A stretch of DNA of 64,000 bases from Camelus ferus (lineage: Eukaryota). Both the position numbers and the translations under genes were made by a program. Under the pieces are notes generated by a model. That model was not told the origin of the DNA, ran no database searches, and worked only from the letters and a program-made list of their open reading frames with translations. Of this stretch, positions 12,746-24,382 are shown piece by piece. Numbering within the stretch: the stretch's first letter is position 1; each line of letters begins with the position of its first letter. The stretch spans positions 99,326,001-99,390,000 of the forward strand of contig NC_045697.1 of NCBI RefSeq assembly GCF_009834535.1, given 5' to 3'.

Positions 12746-13380
12746 AGAGAGCTTACTATGTAAAAGAATAGGAATAATAAAGATTACAAGGGGAATGCTA
12801 ACTTAAGACAGAAATGGGTCTCACAGACTCAAGGACTCAAGAGACAAATTTAAATAAATGATTGATACATGTATTATGATTCCTTCTCATATATTAATTA
12901 AAGTAGTTGCCAAGGATGTTTATTTACTAACAGTTTAATAGTCTAGTTTGAATTGCAGTTGTTACTTTTAAATACATCACAGGTAGTACATATTTACTAC
13001 TATACGTCAATGCTGATTTTTCTCAATTCAGGCAGCATTTTGCCCAAATTAGTTTAAATTAGGGAGAGTCTATTGTATTCATGAACTCCTCCTCTAAATG
13101 GCAGAAATGATGACTATAAAATTCGTCTTAGGTTTGTTGGAGATCTGCAACTTACCTTTTAGTCTGAGACTCGTAAAGAATGAACATGGCATGATTAATG
13201 GCCATTACTGATTTCTTACAGCTGTAACTTATCAGAATATGTATACTCTAATACTGTACCCATGGTAATTATCTCATTACTATGAAGTGTCACAGAAATG
13301 CATTATGCGAAGCACACGTTGAATCACATCGAGCAATTTCTTTTTATGTTTAAAACCCAGAAGCTTATTGTCTCTAATAG

Positions 13381-13458
13381 TTGGAGCTTTGCATGGGAAT
13401 TGGGGGCCTTCCTAGAGAGTTGGGGGCTTTGCAGGGGATTGGGGGCTTAGCATGGGAG
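13381..13458. repeat. Degenerate ~19-20 bp G-rich tandem repeat x4
   Basis: ttggagctttgcatgggaa / ttgggggccttcctagagag / ttgggggctttgcagggga / ttgggggcttagcatgggag. Confidence 0.8.
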
Positions 13459-13479
13459 TCATGCATGTTAGCTGGAGTC

Positions 13480-13630
13480 CCTGGGCTGGAGTTTAACCAG
13501 CTTTGTGACTCTGGTCACTCTTCAACTTTTCTGCACCTTAATTTCTAATTTGAAAATGGGCATACTTGTGTGTGACCCCTACTATACCTCATGGAAAGGA
13601 TTAAGCAGATTAAGTTTATAAAACAGTTGG
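13480..13630 (+). mobile_element. MIR fragment
   Basis: accagctttgtgactctgg...ctgcaccttaatttctaatttgaaaatggg. Confidence 0.6.
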
Positions 13631-14221
13631 TCACTGGGATGAAAGGCAGTAAGGAAATTACTCAGCACACTGCAGTGGTGCCTTCTTCAACTGCATGAAT
13701 ATTTAATGAACAGGTACACTCAATACTTGACATGTCTATGGAGCTTTTCATGCAAAGCGTCTTAAGATCACTTAAAGAAATGCATGGCAACAATTATCAG
13801 AGATCTGGGAAGCATCAGTTCATTGGCTAGAGAGGGTAGAGACAAAGAAGCTTTGTTTCTAACATCAGAGTGTTCAAAAGTAGTGCTATATCCAAATCCA
13901 GTTAGCTCACAGACCTGAAGATAGGGCTTTGGAAATTAGGTTATGTTTGAGAGTCATCCATCCATACCTATGAGGTGGCTGAAATAACGTGAGTGCAAAA
14001 ATTCCCAAAGCAAATGAACACATGGTTGGAGGTGGGCCCTTTTAATTAGATGAGAGAAGAAACAGTATCAGTGAGAGATTAAAATAAAACATCATCAAGA
14101 AAGTAGGACAAAACAAAGAAGAACAGTTTGTGGTCAGACTTGTCATGTCAGTTGCAGCTTTCAAATGAGCACTAACGGACCATTAAATTAGTATCAGGGT
14201 AATTCAGTGGGCATCTAGGAG

Positions 14222-14395
14222 AAGGTTTCTCTAGGAAACCCAGCAGCATCAACAGCACCAGGGAACTTGTTGGAAATGTAGATTCTTGGCTGGGTCCCCA
14301 CACTTCTGGAATCAGAAACCCTGAGGGTGGGGCCCAGACTCTGTGTTTTAACCAGCCCTCTAAGTGACTCTCCTGAGGTTGAGAATTCTTGTTCA
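14222..14395. mobile_element. MER5A hAT MITE
   Basis: cagcagcatcaacagcaccagggaacttgttggaaatgtagattc...gaatcagaaaccctgagggtggggcccag...tgtgttttaac. Confidence 0.85.
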
Positions 14396-14400
14396 AGAAC

Positions 14401-14610
14401 AGTGCTGCTGGTCCAACAGAACTTCTTGAGATGATGGGAATGTTCTGTATCCACATCATCCAGCACATTAGCCTCTAGCTGCAGGCAGCTGTTGAGTACT
14501 TGAAATGTGGCTACTGCTACTGAGGAACCAACTTTTAAATTTCACTAAGTTTAATTAAATTTAAAATAGCTACATGCAACTAGCGGTTACTCTATTGGAT
14601 GGCAAAGTTC
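14401..14610. mobile_element. MER3 hAT MITE
   Basis: gtccaacagaacttcttgagatgatgggaatgttctgtatc...gtacttgaaatgtggcta...tattggatggca. Confidence 0.85.
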
Positions 14611-14879
14611 TAGAATTCTGCTGTAAATGGATGCCAGGTTTTTGGTCAGTAAGAGAAGCAAATAGTGAAGAATGGAGATGCTGGGTGTGACATCTTCTCT
14701 AGAAGAAATCTTGTTTGGAAAAGCAGGAGGGAAAAGGCTTATATGTGAGGAGGTGAGGTCAAGGTTTTTCTGGAAAAGGAAGTCCTGAGTGGCTTTGAAG
14801 GTGAGAGAAATCAGGGAGCAGGAGAAGTGGAGGCTAAGGAAGGAGGGACACAGAAAAAATTGCATTGGAGATGTCTACT

Positions 14880-15492
14880 TGTGGTAAAATACTCACAACA
14901 TTAAATTTACCACCTATTCATTTTAAAGTGTACAGTTCAGCAGTATTAAGTATGTTCACATCATTCTACAATCATCTCCATCATCCATCCCCAGAACTCT
15001 TTTCATCTTGCAAAACTGAAACTGTATATCCATTATACAGTAACTCCTTATCTGCCCCTCTCCCCTATCCTGGCAACCGGAATTCTACTTTCTGTCTCTA
15101 TGAATTTAACTACTCTAAATACCTCGTCTAAGTGAAATCATAAGAGTATTTGTCTTTTTGTGACCAAATATTTCATTTAGCGTAATATCCTCAAGGTTCA
15201 TCCACGTTGTAGCATGTCTCAGAATTTCTTTCCTTTTCAAGGCTGAATTAACATTCCAGTATATGTATATACTGCTCATCTGTCTATGGACACTTGGGTT
15301 GCTTCCACCTTTTGGCTACTGTGAATAGCACTGCTATGAAGATGAGTTTATAAACATCTTGAGACCTTGCTTTCAATTCCTTTGGGTAAATATGCAGAAG
15401 TGGAATTGCTGGATCATACAGCAGTTTTATTTTTAATTTTTTGAGGAACCACCACATTGTTTTCCATAGAGCTGTACTATTTTACATTCCCA
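14880..15492 (-). mobile_element. Old L1 (L1MB-like) 3' end
   Basis: ttttaaagtgtacagttcag...tcatcttgcaaaactgaaac...agaagtggaattgctggatcatac...ttacattccca. Confidence 0.9.
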
Positions 15493-15774
15493 TTGAGATA
15501 CTTGCTTTTGAATCCATGAAGAATGGCACATCAGAGTCATCAAAAGACTGACCTAAAGACAAACATGAGGAAGAGGTACGTTAAGACAGAAGTGTATGTG
15601 TATGGAGGTGGTGATGGACGAGGCTGCTTGGCTTTAATAGTTTCAATTTTCTCACTGATGTTGATGCAATGACCTCACTTCCAAGGACGAACACTGCTGA
15701 GGAGGAAAAACCAAGGGCTTGAGGAGAGAAGTGAATGAAGGTTTTGTACAGTTGGTCCTTTTTAAGAGAAGAAC

Positions 15775-15803
15775 AGGATGAATGGGTGAAGAAGATATGG
15801 TAA

Positions 15804-15852
<49 letters not shown>

Positions 15853-16310
15853 AATACTATTCAGCCATAAAAAGAATGAAATTTTGCCATTTGCAGCAAC
15901 ATGGATGGACCTAGAGATTATCATACTAAGTGAAGTCAGTCAGACAGAGAAAGACAAATATCATACGATATCACTAATATGTGGAATCTAAAAAAAATGA
16001 CCCAGATGAACTTATTTACAAAACAGAAACAGACTCACGGACACAGAAATCAAACTAATGGTTACCAAAAGAGAATATGGGAAGGATAAATTAGGAGTTT
16101 GGGATTAGCAGGTACACACTACTCTATATAAAGTAGATAAATAACAAGGACCTACTGTATAGTACAGGGAACTATATTCAGTATCTTATAATAACCTATA
16201 GTGGAAAAGAATCTGAAAAAGAATATATATGTACATATATATATGGAACTGAATCACTTTGCTGTATACCTGAAGTATTGTAAATCAACTATACTTCAAT
16301 TGAAAAAAAA
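15775..16310 (+). mobile_element. L1 3' end with internal (CA)22
   Basis: cagccataaaaagaatgaaattttgccatttgcagcaacatggatggacctagag...; 3' UTR of the same type as the 10.6-kb L1; A tail. Confidence 0.95.
15807..15850. repeat. (CA)22 microsatellite
   Basis: Read directly. Confidence 0.97.
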
Positions 16311-16357
16311 GAGACCAGGGGAACTTTCCCAGGGCTCTGCAGCAGAGGTATAGCCAC

Positions 16358-16816
16358 TGCCACAGAACTGAAATGTGCTCCCCTCTGACAAGATATGTTG
16401 AAGTCCTAACCCTCAGTACCTCAGAAGTTGATTTTATTTGGAAATAGAGTCACTGCAGGTGTAATTAGTTAAGATGAGGTCATACTGGGGTAGACTGGGC
16501 TCCTAATCCAACATAGGTGGATTCTTTTAGAAGAGGAATACGTGGAGACATGGGGACTGACAGGGAGAACACCATGTGATGACAGAGGCAGAGACTGGTG
16601 TTATGTAGCTGCAAGGCAACGAATGCCAAAGAATGCCAGCAAGCCATGAGAAGCTAGGAAGAGGCAAGAATCCATGCAGAGTCTCAGAGAAGCATGGCTC
16701 TGCTAACACCTTGACTTTGGACTTCCCACCTCCTGGGCTGTGAGACAATAAATTTCTGGTGTTTCAAGCCACCGAGTCAGTAGTCTTTTGTTACGGCAGC
16801 CCAAGGAACTAATTCA
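16358..16816 (+). mobile_element. MaLR solo LTR (MLT1B/C-like)
   Basis: aagatatgttgaagtcctaaccctcagtacctcagaa...taattagttaagatgaggtcatac...aataaatttctg...ttgttacggcagcc. Confidence 0.9.
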
Positions 16817-18104
16817 GTATAAGTCTGCAACAGGCCAAGGTCATCCCAAACCAAGGCCAAAATGAGTATTTCCAAATTACTGTGCGTCCCACCTCTGAGC
16901 AATGTGCTTTCTGACATACTGCAATAATACAGGGAATTAGTCAATGCAATATGTATTTTGAATCATAGCCCTTGCTGAAAGATTTTCTTTCTGTCTGTCT
17001 TTCACAGGAACAAATGGGGCATGCCTATAAATTGCATGCTTCTAAAAACCAAGGGAAAGGCATCTAAGGAAAGACATCTCAGTGTCTCAGGGCAGAAGCA
17101 GGTGGCGTAGATGTGTACAAGCAATACCTTGGGGCTGTCATTACTTGGAAGCTCCTCTGGATTTTATTTCACCTACATTGGGCCCCCGAATTTTTTTCTG
17201 GGTTGTAAGCCTGAGAATATCTCTTGCTTCACCTGTAAAAATCAAAGACTTTTCTAATTTTTTAAAATTCCTAAGTTTGTCTGCTTTTGCTGACTTTGGT
17301 CTTTAGCCACAGTGCCAATAATTTCAATTATTTTCCTACTTTTACACTTGAGTTTTACGGGAGAAAGTGTTTAGGTAATGAGTGCCTAGAGATTAAGCCA
17401 TTTAAGAAAAAGCTGCCTGGTTACGACTCCTGGGTGAGTCTCTGTCCGAGGCCTATGCGCTGTGGCTGGGGGAGTGAAGAGGCTGGGGTCTGCACTGCCG
17501 TGGGCTGCAGCACAAGACCACGGTCAAAATCCTTCAAAATATCTCAGCAGGAGAGTCTGGTTAGGGTATCTTGGAAGGAGAGCTCAGCTATGGCTAACAT
17601 GGAAGAAACGTGGATTATTCAGTTGAGCAGAATAACCTTGAGCGTTTGCCAGGTCAAAACACAAGTCACAAAAACAGTCTTTTCCTTGCTGCCTATTTGT
17701 TCTTCTCCCTTGAAAACATACCTCTTACTCTTGTGCAGATTCACCCACATCCTAGTAAGACAGGAGGAAAAGAGCTGTAAACTGCAGTTATAAAAACAAT
17801 TCCAGAGATAACTCAATATTTAAATTTCTTGACAAGAAACGTATCCAGTTAACAAACCCTTTCCCTCCTGTAACCCTCCCTTCCACAGCCCCTCGCATTA
17901 AAAAAAATAATAATAAAAGCAATTAGACTTTGGCTTTTCATGAAAGGCATACAGTAAAAGTATCACTGTTCCAAAATTCCAAAGCAATTTCATAATCATA
18001 ATGAAATGAGGGAGGAAATGGTTTTGTCGAGGTCTTGAAAACAATCACCCCATGTTGCTATGTGGAGTCTCTTTATAAATTATAAAGTGGTTTGCAAAAA
18101 TTAG

Positions 18105-18250
18105 TTCCTTCCTTCAACTCACACTCATTGAGCGTCATTTATACACCAGGCCCCACGTGAGAAGCTGGGGGTGCAAAGATGCACAGGACACAACTGGCCT
18201 GGAAGAGCTCACAACAGAGGGAGACAGTTATTATTATTATTCATTATAAT
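18105..18250 (-). mobile_element. L2 fragment
   Basis: ttccttccttcaac...attgagcgtcatttatacaccaggcccc. Confidence 0.55.
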
Positions 18251-19463
18251 GTGGCTAGGTTCCCATGCCCTGTTGCTACCTCCAGCTCCAGGAACCTTGA
18301 TTTTAATTCACAAAGAGCCATATTGTAGGGAGGAAAAAAAGAGAAAATGACCACAGTAAATCCTGTAAAGGTGGCAGGTCTCTCCAGCAATATAGCTGGT
18401 CTGCGAGCTTAGACCTCCTTTAAACGAAGGGCAGGGAAAGAAAAGAACACAGCAAAACACCTAAGCAAACTGTACCAGATCCAACCACAACAGACATCTG
18501 GAGCTAAACGAGAGAAATTCAAAACTAATTGGGAAAGAAAATCATGCACAGCGTACAAATCAGTTCACAAGGAAAACGAAACAAATTGGAACACAGTCAA
18601 AAGCATCTTTCTCTCCTTGCCCCTTGCAGAATTGCCCCAGAGTCGCATCAGAGGAAAGATAGTACCTTCAGCTCCACTGGAAACTTGAGGTTTTAAGAGA
18701 CAAAGGAATCCAAGTCTGGAATTGATAACCAAATTTCTACATATTTTGGTTTTAACTCAGGTGAGTCAACTCAAATATCAAAACTCAGGTTTTCGGATGT
18801 GATTTTTATGCCTGCTTAGAATCAGAGGCTGAGGAGAAAAGTATATACACAATAAATCTAAAATCATTCAATTATCTTAAGTCAACTGGGAGGCTGATAC
18901 TTCCTGAGAGTAGGTATTTGACTCTCATATTACGAAGCCATGTAAATGACTCTCAGGTTGCAAAATCATTCTGGATAGTTTATTACTCTGTGCTCAGGTA
19001 TTCCAGGAGCAAGGAAAAAGGCTTCAGAGTTTGATGGGGAAAGTATCACATTCGTCAGTCGCAGTAACAGCATGCTAACACAGCCTCTTGAATTGACTGC
19101 TGTACGAGCATCAGCTCACAGGAAGGGGAAAATTCTGCCCCTCTTCAGAAACAGATTCAGGCTACAAAATTATTCAAGTTAATTTCCTTCAGTTAATGAA
19201 GCCGGTTTCCTTATTAGCAAAGGGAGGCGACCCAATCTAGTCTACATCTAATGCCTCACAGAATGATGAGGTTAGCTAGCTCCATCTCTATATTTAAACT
19301 TGACTTTTAGATAGAGCCTCATAGAACTTGCATAAGCAGTACTAGCCCTGCCCAGTATTTAGTTCTGCTTTTATGACTGTGGAACCAAGGATTCTCAGAA
19401 ATGTCCTTGGGAACTACCACTGAGGTCTGCTCACTGCTAAATTTGCACATTGCTTCAACTCAG

Positions 19464-19465
<2 letters not shown>

Positions 19466-19505
<40 letters not shown>

Positions 19506-19528
19506 ATGTGTGTGTGTGTGTGTGTGTG
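19466..19528. repeat. Interrupted (GT)19-ttat-(GT)10 microsatellite
   Basis: Read directly. Confidence 0.97.
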
Positions 19529-19854
19529 AGTCCAAGGTACCATGACATCTGGTACCCTTGGGAGGCTGGGGACAGCCCAGCATTGGGGAGTCCTCTGAAC
19601 CCCGCTCTGACATGGCACCTTGCATGGAGGATGGGTTCTTGGTGGACACACTCTGACTTTCTCTTTACCTTCAGCAAAATTTTGGTGGTGATGAGGGTTG
19701 AAGATGGGGACAGGAATCCCTCTGGAATTGCCCAGGAATCCAGCTCCAAAACAGGGTAAGCCTGATGGTACTACTGAACCCAAATCTACTGTTACCTAGA
19801 CCCACCCTAACAATTTAAGCTTTCCTTGAAGTTACTAGCAAATAGCAACCATGT

Positions 19855-20050
19855 ATTTTTGTATCCATTATATGCCAGGCAAATCCAAAATTCTTCCTCT
19901 TAATTCCCACATCAACCCTGCAAGGTAATAACATCATTTATACAAATGAGGAAATGAGGGCTTGGGGAGATTAAACAGATTGCCCAAGGTCACATAGCTC
20001 ATGTGAAGGAGTTGAGACTGGAATTCCAAAGCCTATGCTTTTCCGTTACA
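19855..20050 (-). mobile_element. MIR
   Basis: tacaaatgaggaaatgagggcttggggagattaaacagattgcccaaggtcacatagct. Confidence 0.8.
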
Positions 20051-20824
20051 TGGCTCTCCACTTGTGAATGGAATGTGCCTCTCATTTCCAAACTATTCTG
20101 CTGTGAGTGTGGCTCTGAAATGAGACAGAAAAAGAGGGAGGCGTCTTCAGAACTGCCCTCTCCCTGCAGTGGGTTGGCTGGCACATCAGGAGGTACCCTC
20201 TGAAAGGGGAGTTCCTGTGAGGGCTGAAGCTCTTTCAGATGTTCTCAGAACAGTTCTGCAGCTGTCGGAGATGCTCAGGTGTAAACACATACTGGCCACT
20301 AACCCAACCCCGGTCCAATCCTAAAGAGAATGGTGTAGATACTGGCATGCTGTCCATGGGGGCCATGGGAATGACCAATCACTTTGACGACCTCTCTCCA
20401 GGAACATCACTACAAAAGCACCAACACAAGAACACATTTTCCAGGAAACCAAATGTGTTCATAACATCTGAGTTGCTGTGCTCTAGGTAAACACGACCTT
20501 AAGCTCCTAAAAGTACCGAGGGCCAGCAACCAAGATTCACCTTCACCTGAATCTTTCCAATTCTCTTTATTTTTCTTTATTAATATCTTTTACTTTAATT
20601 TCATGTTCCTCATAATACAGGACTAATATTCTCTAGTTCAGAAGATGGTTGTAAACACTAAATGAGGTAACACAAGCAACACGTCCAACAATGCCACTTG
20701 AAGACTTCTTGTAACTTTCCTCTTCCATTAATAATTTCACAGTAAGCTGTAGGGATTTTTAAGTGGGTGTTCCTTATCCCCCTGTACAATATTGTTATCA
20801 AGTATCAAGATAATGCAAATATAC

Positions 20825-21839
20825 TGCAAATAATTTGACTGACAACGGCTCAATTTCCAGAATATATAAGCAGCTCACACAACTTAACAACAAAAAAACA
20901 AACAACCCAATCCAAAAACAAGCAATTCTCCAATGAAGACATACAAATAGCCAATAGGCACATGAAAAAATGTTCAACATTGCTAATTATCAGAGAAATG
21001 CAAACTAAAACTACAATAGGTATCACCTCACATCGATCAGAATGGCCATCATTAAAAAGTCCACAAACAATAAATGCTGGAGAGGGTGTGGAGAAAAGGG
21101 AACTCTCCTACACTGTTAGTGGGAATGCAGTTTGGTCCAGCCGTTATTGAAAGCAGTATAAAGATTCCTCAGAAGACTAAAAATAGACTCACCATATGAT
21201 CCAGCAATCCCACTCCTGGGCATATATCTGGAGGGAACTCTAATTTGAAAATCTACATGTACCTCAATGTTCACAGCAGCACTGATATACAATAGCCAAG
21301 GCATGGAAGCAACCTAAATGTCCATTGAGAGATGACTGGATAAAAAAGTTGTGGTATATTTATACAATGGAATACTACTCAGCCATAAAAAAGAACAAAA
21401 TAATGCCATTTACAGCAACATGGATGGACCTGGAGAATGTCATTCTAAGTGAAGTAAGCCAGAAAAAGAAAGAAAAATACCATGTGATATCAGTTATATG
21501 TGGAATCCAAAAAAAAAAAAAAGACACAAATGAACTTATTTACAAAACAAAAACAGACTCACAGACATAGAGAATAAACTTATGGTTACCGGGGGAAAGG
21601 GGATTGGAAGGGATAAATTGGGAGTTCGAGTTTTGCAGATACTAACTACTATTTATAAAATAGATAAACAACAAATTTCTTCTATATAGCACAGGGAGCT
21701 ATATTCAATGTCTTATAGTAACCTGTAATCAAAAAGAATATGAAAACAAATATGTGTATATATACATATGACTGAAACATTATTCTGTACACCAGAAATT
21801 GATACAACATTGGAAACTGACTGTACATCAATTAAGAAA
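20825..21839 (+). mobile_element. 5'-truncated LINE-1 (ORF2 C-terminal remnant plus 3' UTR)
   Basis: L1 ORF2 end (MPFTATWMDLE...) and 3' UTR; 18-bp TSD aagataatgcaaa(t/c)atac at 20807-20824 and 21840-21857. Confidence 0.97.
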
Positions 21840-21874
21840 AAGATAATGCAAACATACAGTTTTAGATGACAGAA

Positions 21875-22080
21875 CCAGGGGTCCACGATATGAATACTGC
21901 TTGAGTTTTTAAACTTGAAGTTTACACAAAAATGGATTTTAGGATCTCTGAGAACGCCAAAAAGTTGTATGCAAAATTTTGTGGCTATATGCCTTCTTTT
22001 TTTGTTTTTTTTCAGGAGAGAGGATCTAACGCTTTCATCAGATTCTCAGCATGGTTCATGAGCCTCCAAAGACCACTCTC
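21875..22080. mobile_element. hAT-Charlie-like MITE fragment
   Basis: ttgtatgcaaaattttgtg...ggagagaggatctaacgctttcatcagattctc. Confidence 0.55.
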
Positions 22081-22479
22081 CTACAGGTTAGCAGTAACAA
22101 ACAAGGTTGGGTGAACTCTGTCTTATAAGCAGCTTCGATTTCCTTGAAGTTCAAAGCCACGTGCTTCTGAAATTCTAGGTTGCGTTAATGAGTGTGCGTT
22201 CTTCAGATCCAGGGAGACTGGATATGTTCTACACCAATGGTAGCTGGAAGGCTGGGCTTCATACTGGAGTCCTTATTCTTATCAGCTCTCAATGCAGCAA
22301 GAGGGCACAACCAGGGCAGAGAAGGCCCCAGAAACCCTACCACATGAGACAGGGGAAGGAGCCAAGTACATTTTGCTGGAGAAAGGGAAGAGTTGGGGAG
22401 TAGGAACGCCAGAGCTCCTCTGTAAATGGCTGACCATTGCTACGTAGGAAATGGATTAGATTAGGATACATTAGAACCT

Positions 22480-22745
22480 ATGTTGCTCCAGAATGCAGAA
22501 CTAAGATCAATGGTTGGAAGTTACGGGGAGAAAGAATTCAGCCTCTCTGTAAGGAGGAACCTTTAAAAATGATTAGGGAGGTTGAAAACAGGAGAGGTTT
22601 CCCTGTGAGGCTACTAAGCTTCCTGTCCTGTGAGTTTTCATACCAGGCTGCACGTTCATCTGCCAGGGACTTATAAAAGGGGTTCTTTATTGCGTGGAAG
22701 GTATGAGAAAATGACCTCTACAATTCCTTCTAATTCCATGATCTG
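22480..22745 (+). mobile_element. L3/CR1-like 3' fragment
   Basis: gaactaagatcaatggttggaagttac...atgacctctacaattccttctaattccatgatct. Confidence 0.55.
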
Positions 22746-22989
22746 TCTATTAAGATTTTATGTCTCTTATTAACATTTATAGTCAAAGACATTTACACAT
22801 GTTCCCTTACTTCATATAATAGATACTTGTGGTGAATCATTTTATAAGGGGGATAATTACTCCTTTTTAAAAAACTTTTCATTTCAATGTATTTTGTTTC
22901 CTTAAAATAGGGTAAACCTATGCATGGAATGCTGTCTGTGTTTTCAGCACCCCCTCTACCCAGGTACCTCCTTGTCTGAGTCTTCCTCG

Positions 22990-23670
22990 CCCCCATCAGC
23001 GTTCACCCCACCCTCGTCTCTCCCCAGGACTCAGGGGCTCTCCTCGTAACTGTTCACCTTGCTTCCCAACTATGATCTCTCCAATCTAGTCTCCACGAGC
23101 AACCAGCATAATCGTGATTAACCAGAGCATGTCTTTCTGCCTAACGTCCTTCCATAGAGTCCTAATCTCTAAAGTCACACTCGTGACCATGGTCTACAAA
23201 GCGCTGGATGAGCTGGTGTCTCCAAGGTCATGTCATGCCAGCCTCCCCTCTCCACTGCGCTCTGGCCACACGGGCCTCTCCTCCTGCCCTTTTCTTCCTC
23301 TGCATCTGCACCTGCACCTGCTTCCTCTCTGCCTTAAACCCGCTCCTCCCAGATCCTCACCATCCTTCGGGTTTCAGCTCAAGTATCAACCAGAAAGCTG
23401 TCCTTGGCCACCCTATCCCAGTTAACTACATCTCCCACCTGCCCTCGAGCATGTCACGGTTTTAGTTCCTTCATCTCACTTATCACAATTTATAATTGTC
23501 TTGCTTCTTATTTTGGGCTTGGTATTCTTGCATCCGAGTGTAGGTGCACTGATGTTTACGACCTCACCTCTCTTGTTCACTGATGTGTCTGTGCCCAGTG
23601 TCTATCCCGGGGACGGGCCCATGGTTGGGGTCAGTAAGTATTTTTGCCATGAAAGAATGAATGAGTGATT
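22990..23670 (+). mobile_element. L2 LINE 3' fragment
   Basis: L2-like body ending ...gtaagtatttttgccatgaaagaatgaatgagtg. Confidence 0.75.
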
Positions 23671-24054
23671 CCGTAAATAAGTCTGTCCAGGACAGATAGT
23701 CAGTTCTGGGTGGGTGTGACCTTGTTCTTCTCTTGGACTGTAGTAAGTACACTTCCTTGATGCTCATCCTCTTACCTAGGACAGGGCTGTGTATGCAGCA
23801 GGCCCTTGAGAATTTTCAATTGACTCCTAAGGAGCCCGCAAATCTCATTTAAAGCCAAAGGTTAGAGAAAAAAAATTTCTTTCACTGAAGAGGGAAAGAC
23901 ATTGCCCATACCTCAGAGTGTCCACTGAGGAGAAAAATCCGAGAGAGGAACAGCCCAGTCCCTAAAGCTAGGACAGCATGCCTTTTTCTCCCTCCTAGGG
24001 CTCTCGGAAAAAAACTATACTGGCCGTGAGGAACCAGAGAGCTGGAGTGGTTAC

Positions 24055-24200
24055 TGAGGAGGTGGCAGAATCTCCTTTTCTGGAGATCTTTAAAAATAGA
24101 ACAGCCATCTGGGATGACTTAGAGATGGTCTCCACTGAAGAAGGGGGATGGAAGAGGGAAGGAAAGATCTCTCTAAGTCCCATCTCACCCTTGATTTTCT
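24055..24200 (+). mobile_element. L3/CR1-like 3' fragment
   Basis: gcagaatctccttttctggagatctttaaaaatagaac...ctctaagtcccatctcacccttgattttct. Confidence 0.55.
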
Positions 24201-24348
24201 GATAATTCACTTTAAGATTTTATTCATGGCAAAATCCTGAACGGAGCTAGGCATTCACTTTTTTAACTGAAAGTGGTATCCCATTTTACTCTGAGCTGTA
24301 ATTCTGCCAGATGACTCTCCTCTCCTCAAATGGGCAATTTGGATGTCA

Positions 24349-24354
<6 letters not shown>

Positions 24355-24382
<28 letters not shown>
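24355..24382. repeat. (TG)n microsatellite
   Basis: Read directly. Confidence 0.95.

Noticed and set aside
13156..13192. Minus frame MPCSFFTSLRLK resembling part of the MITF-H N-terminus (MPCSF)
   Set aside because: Only five residues match, the flanks differ, and no other MITF exons were seen; no gene name assigned
17287..17793. 168-aa ORF
   Set aside because: TTG start, no recognisable motif, no supporting splice structure
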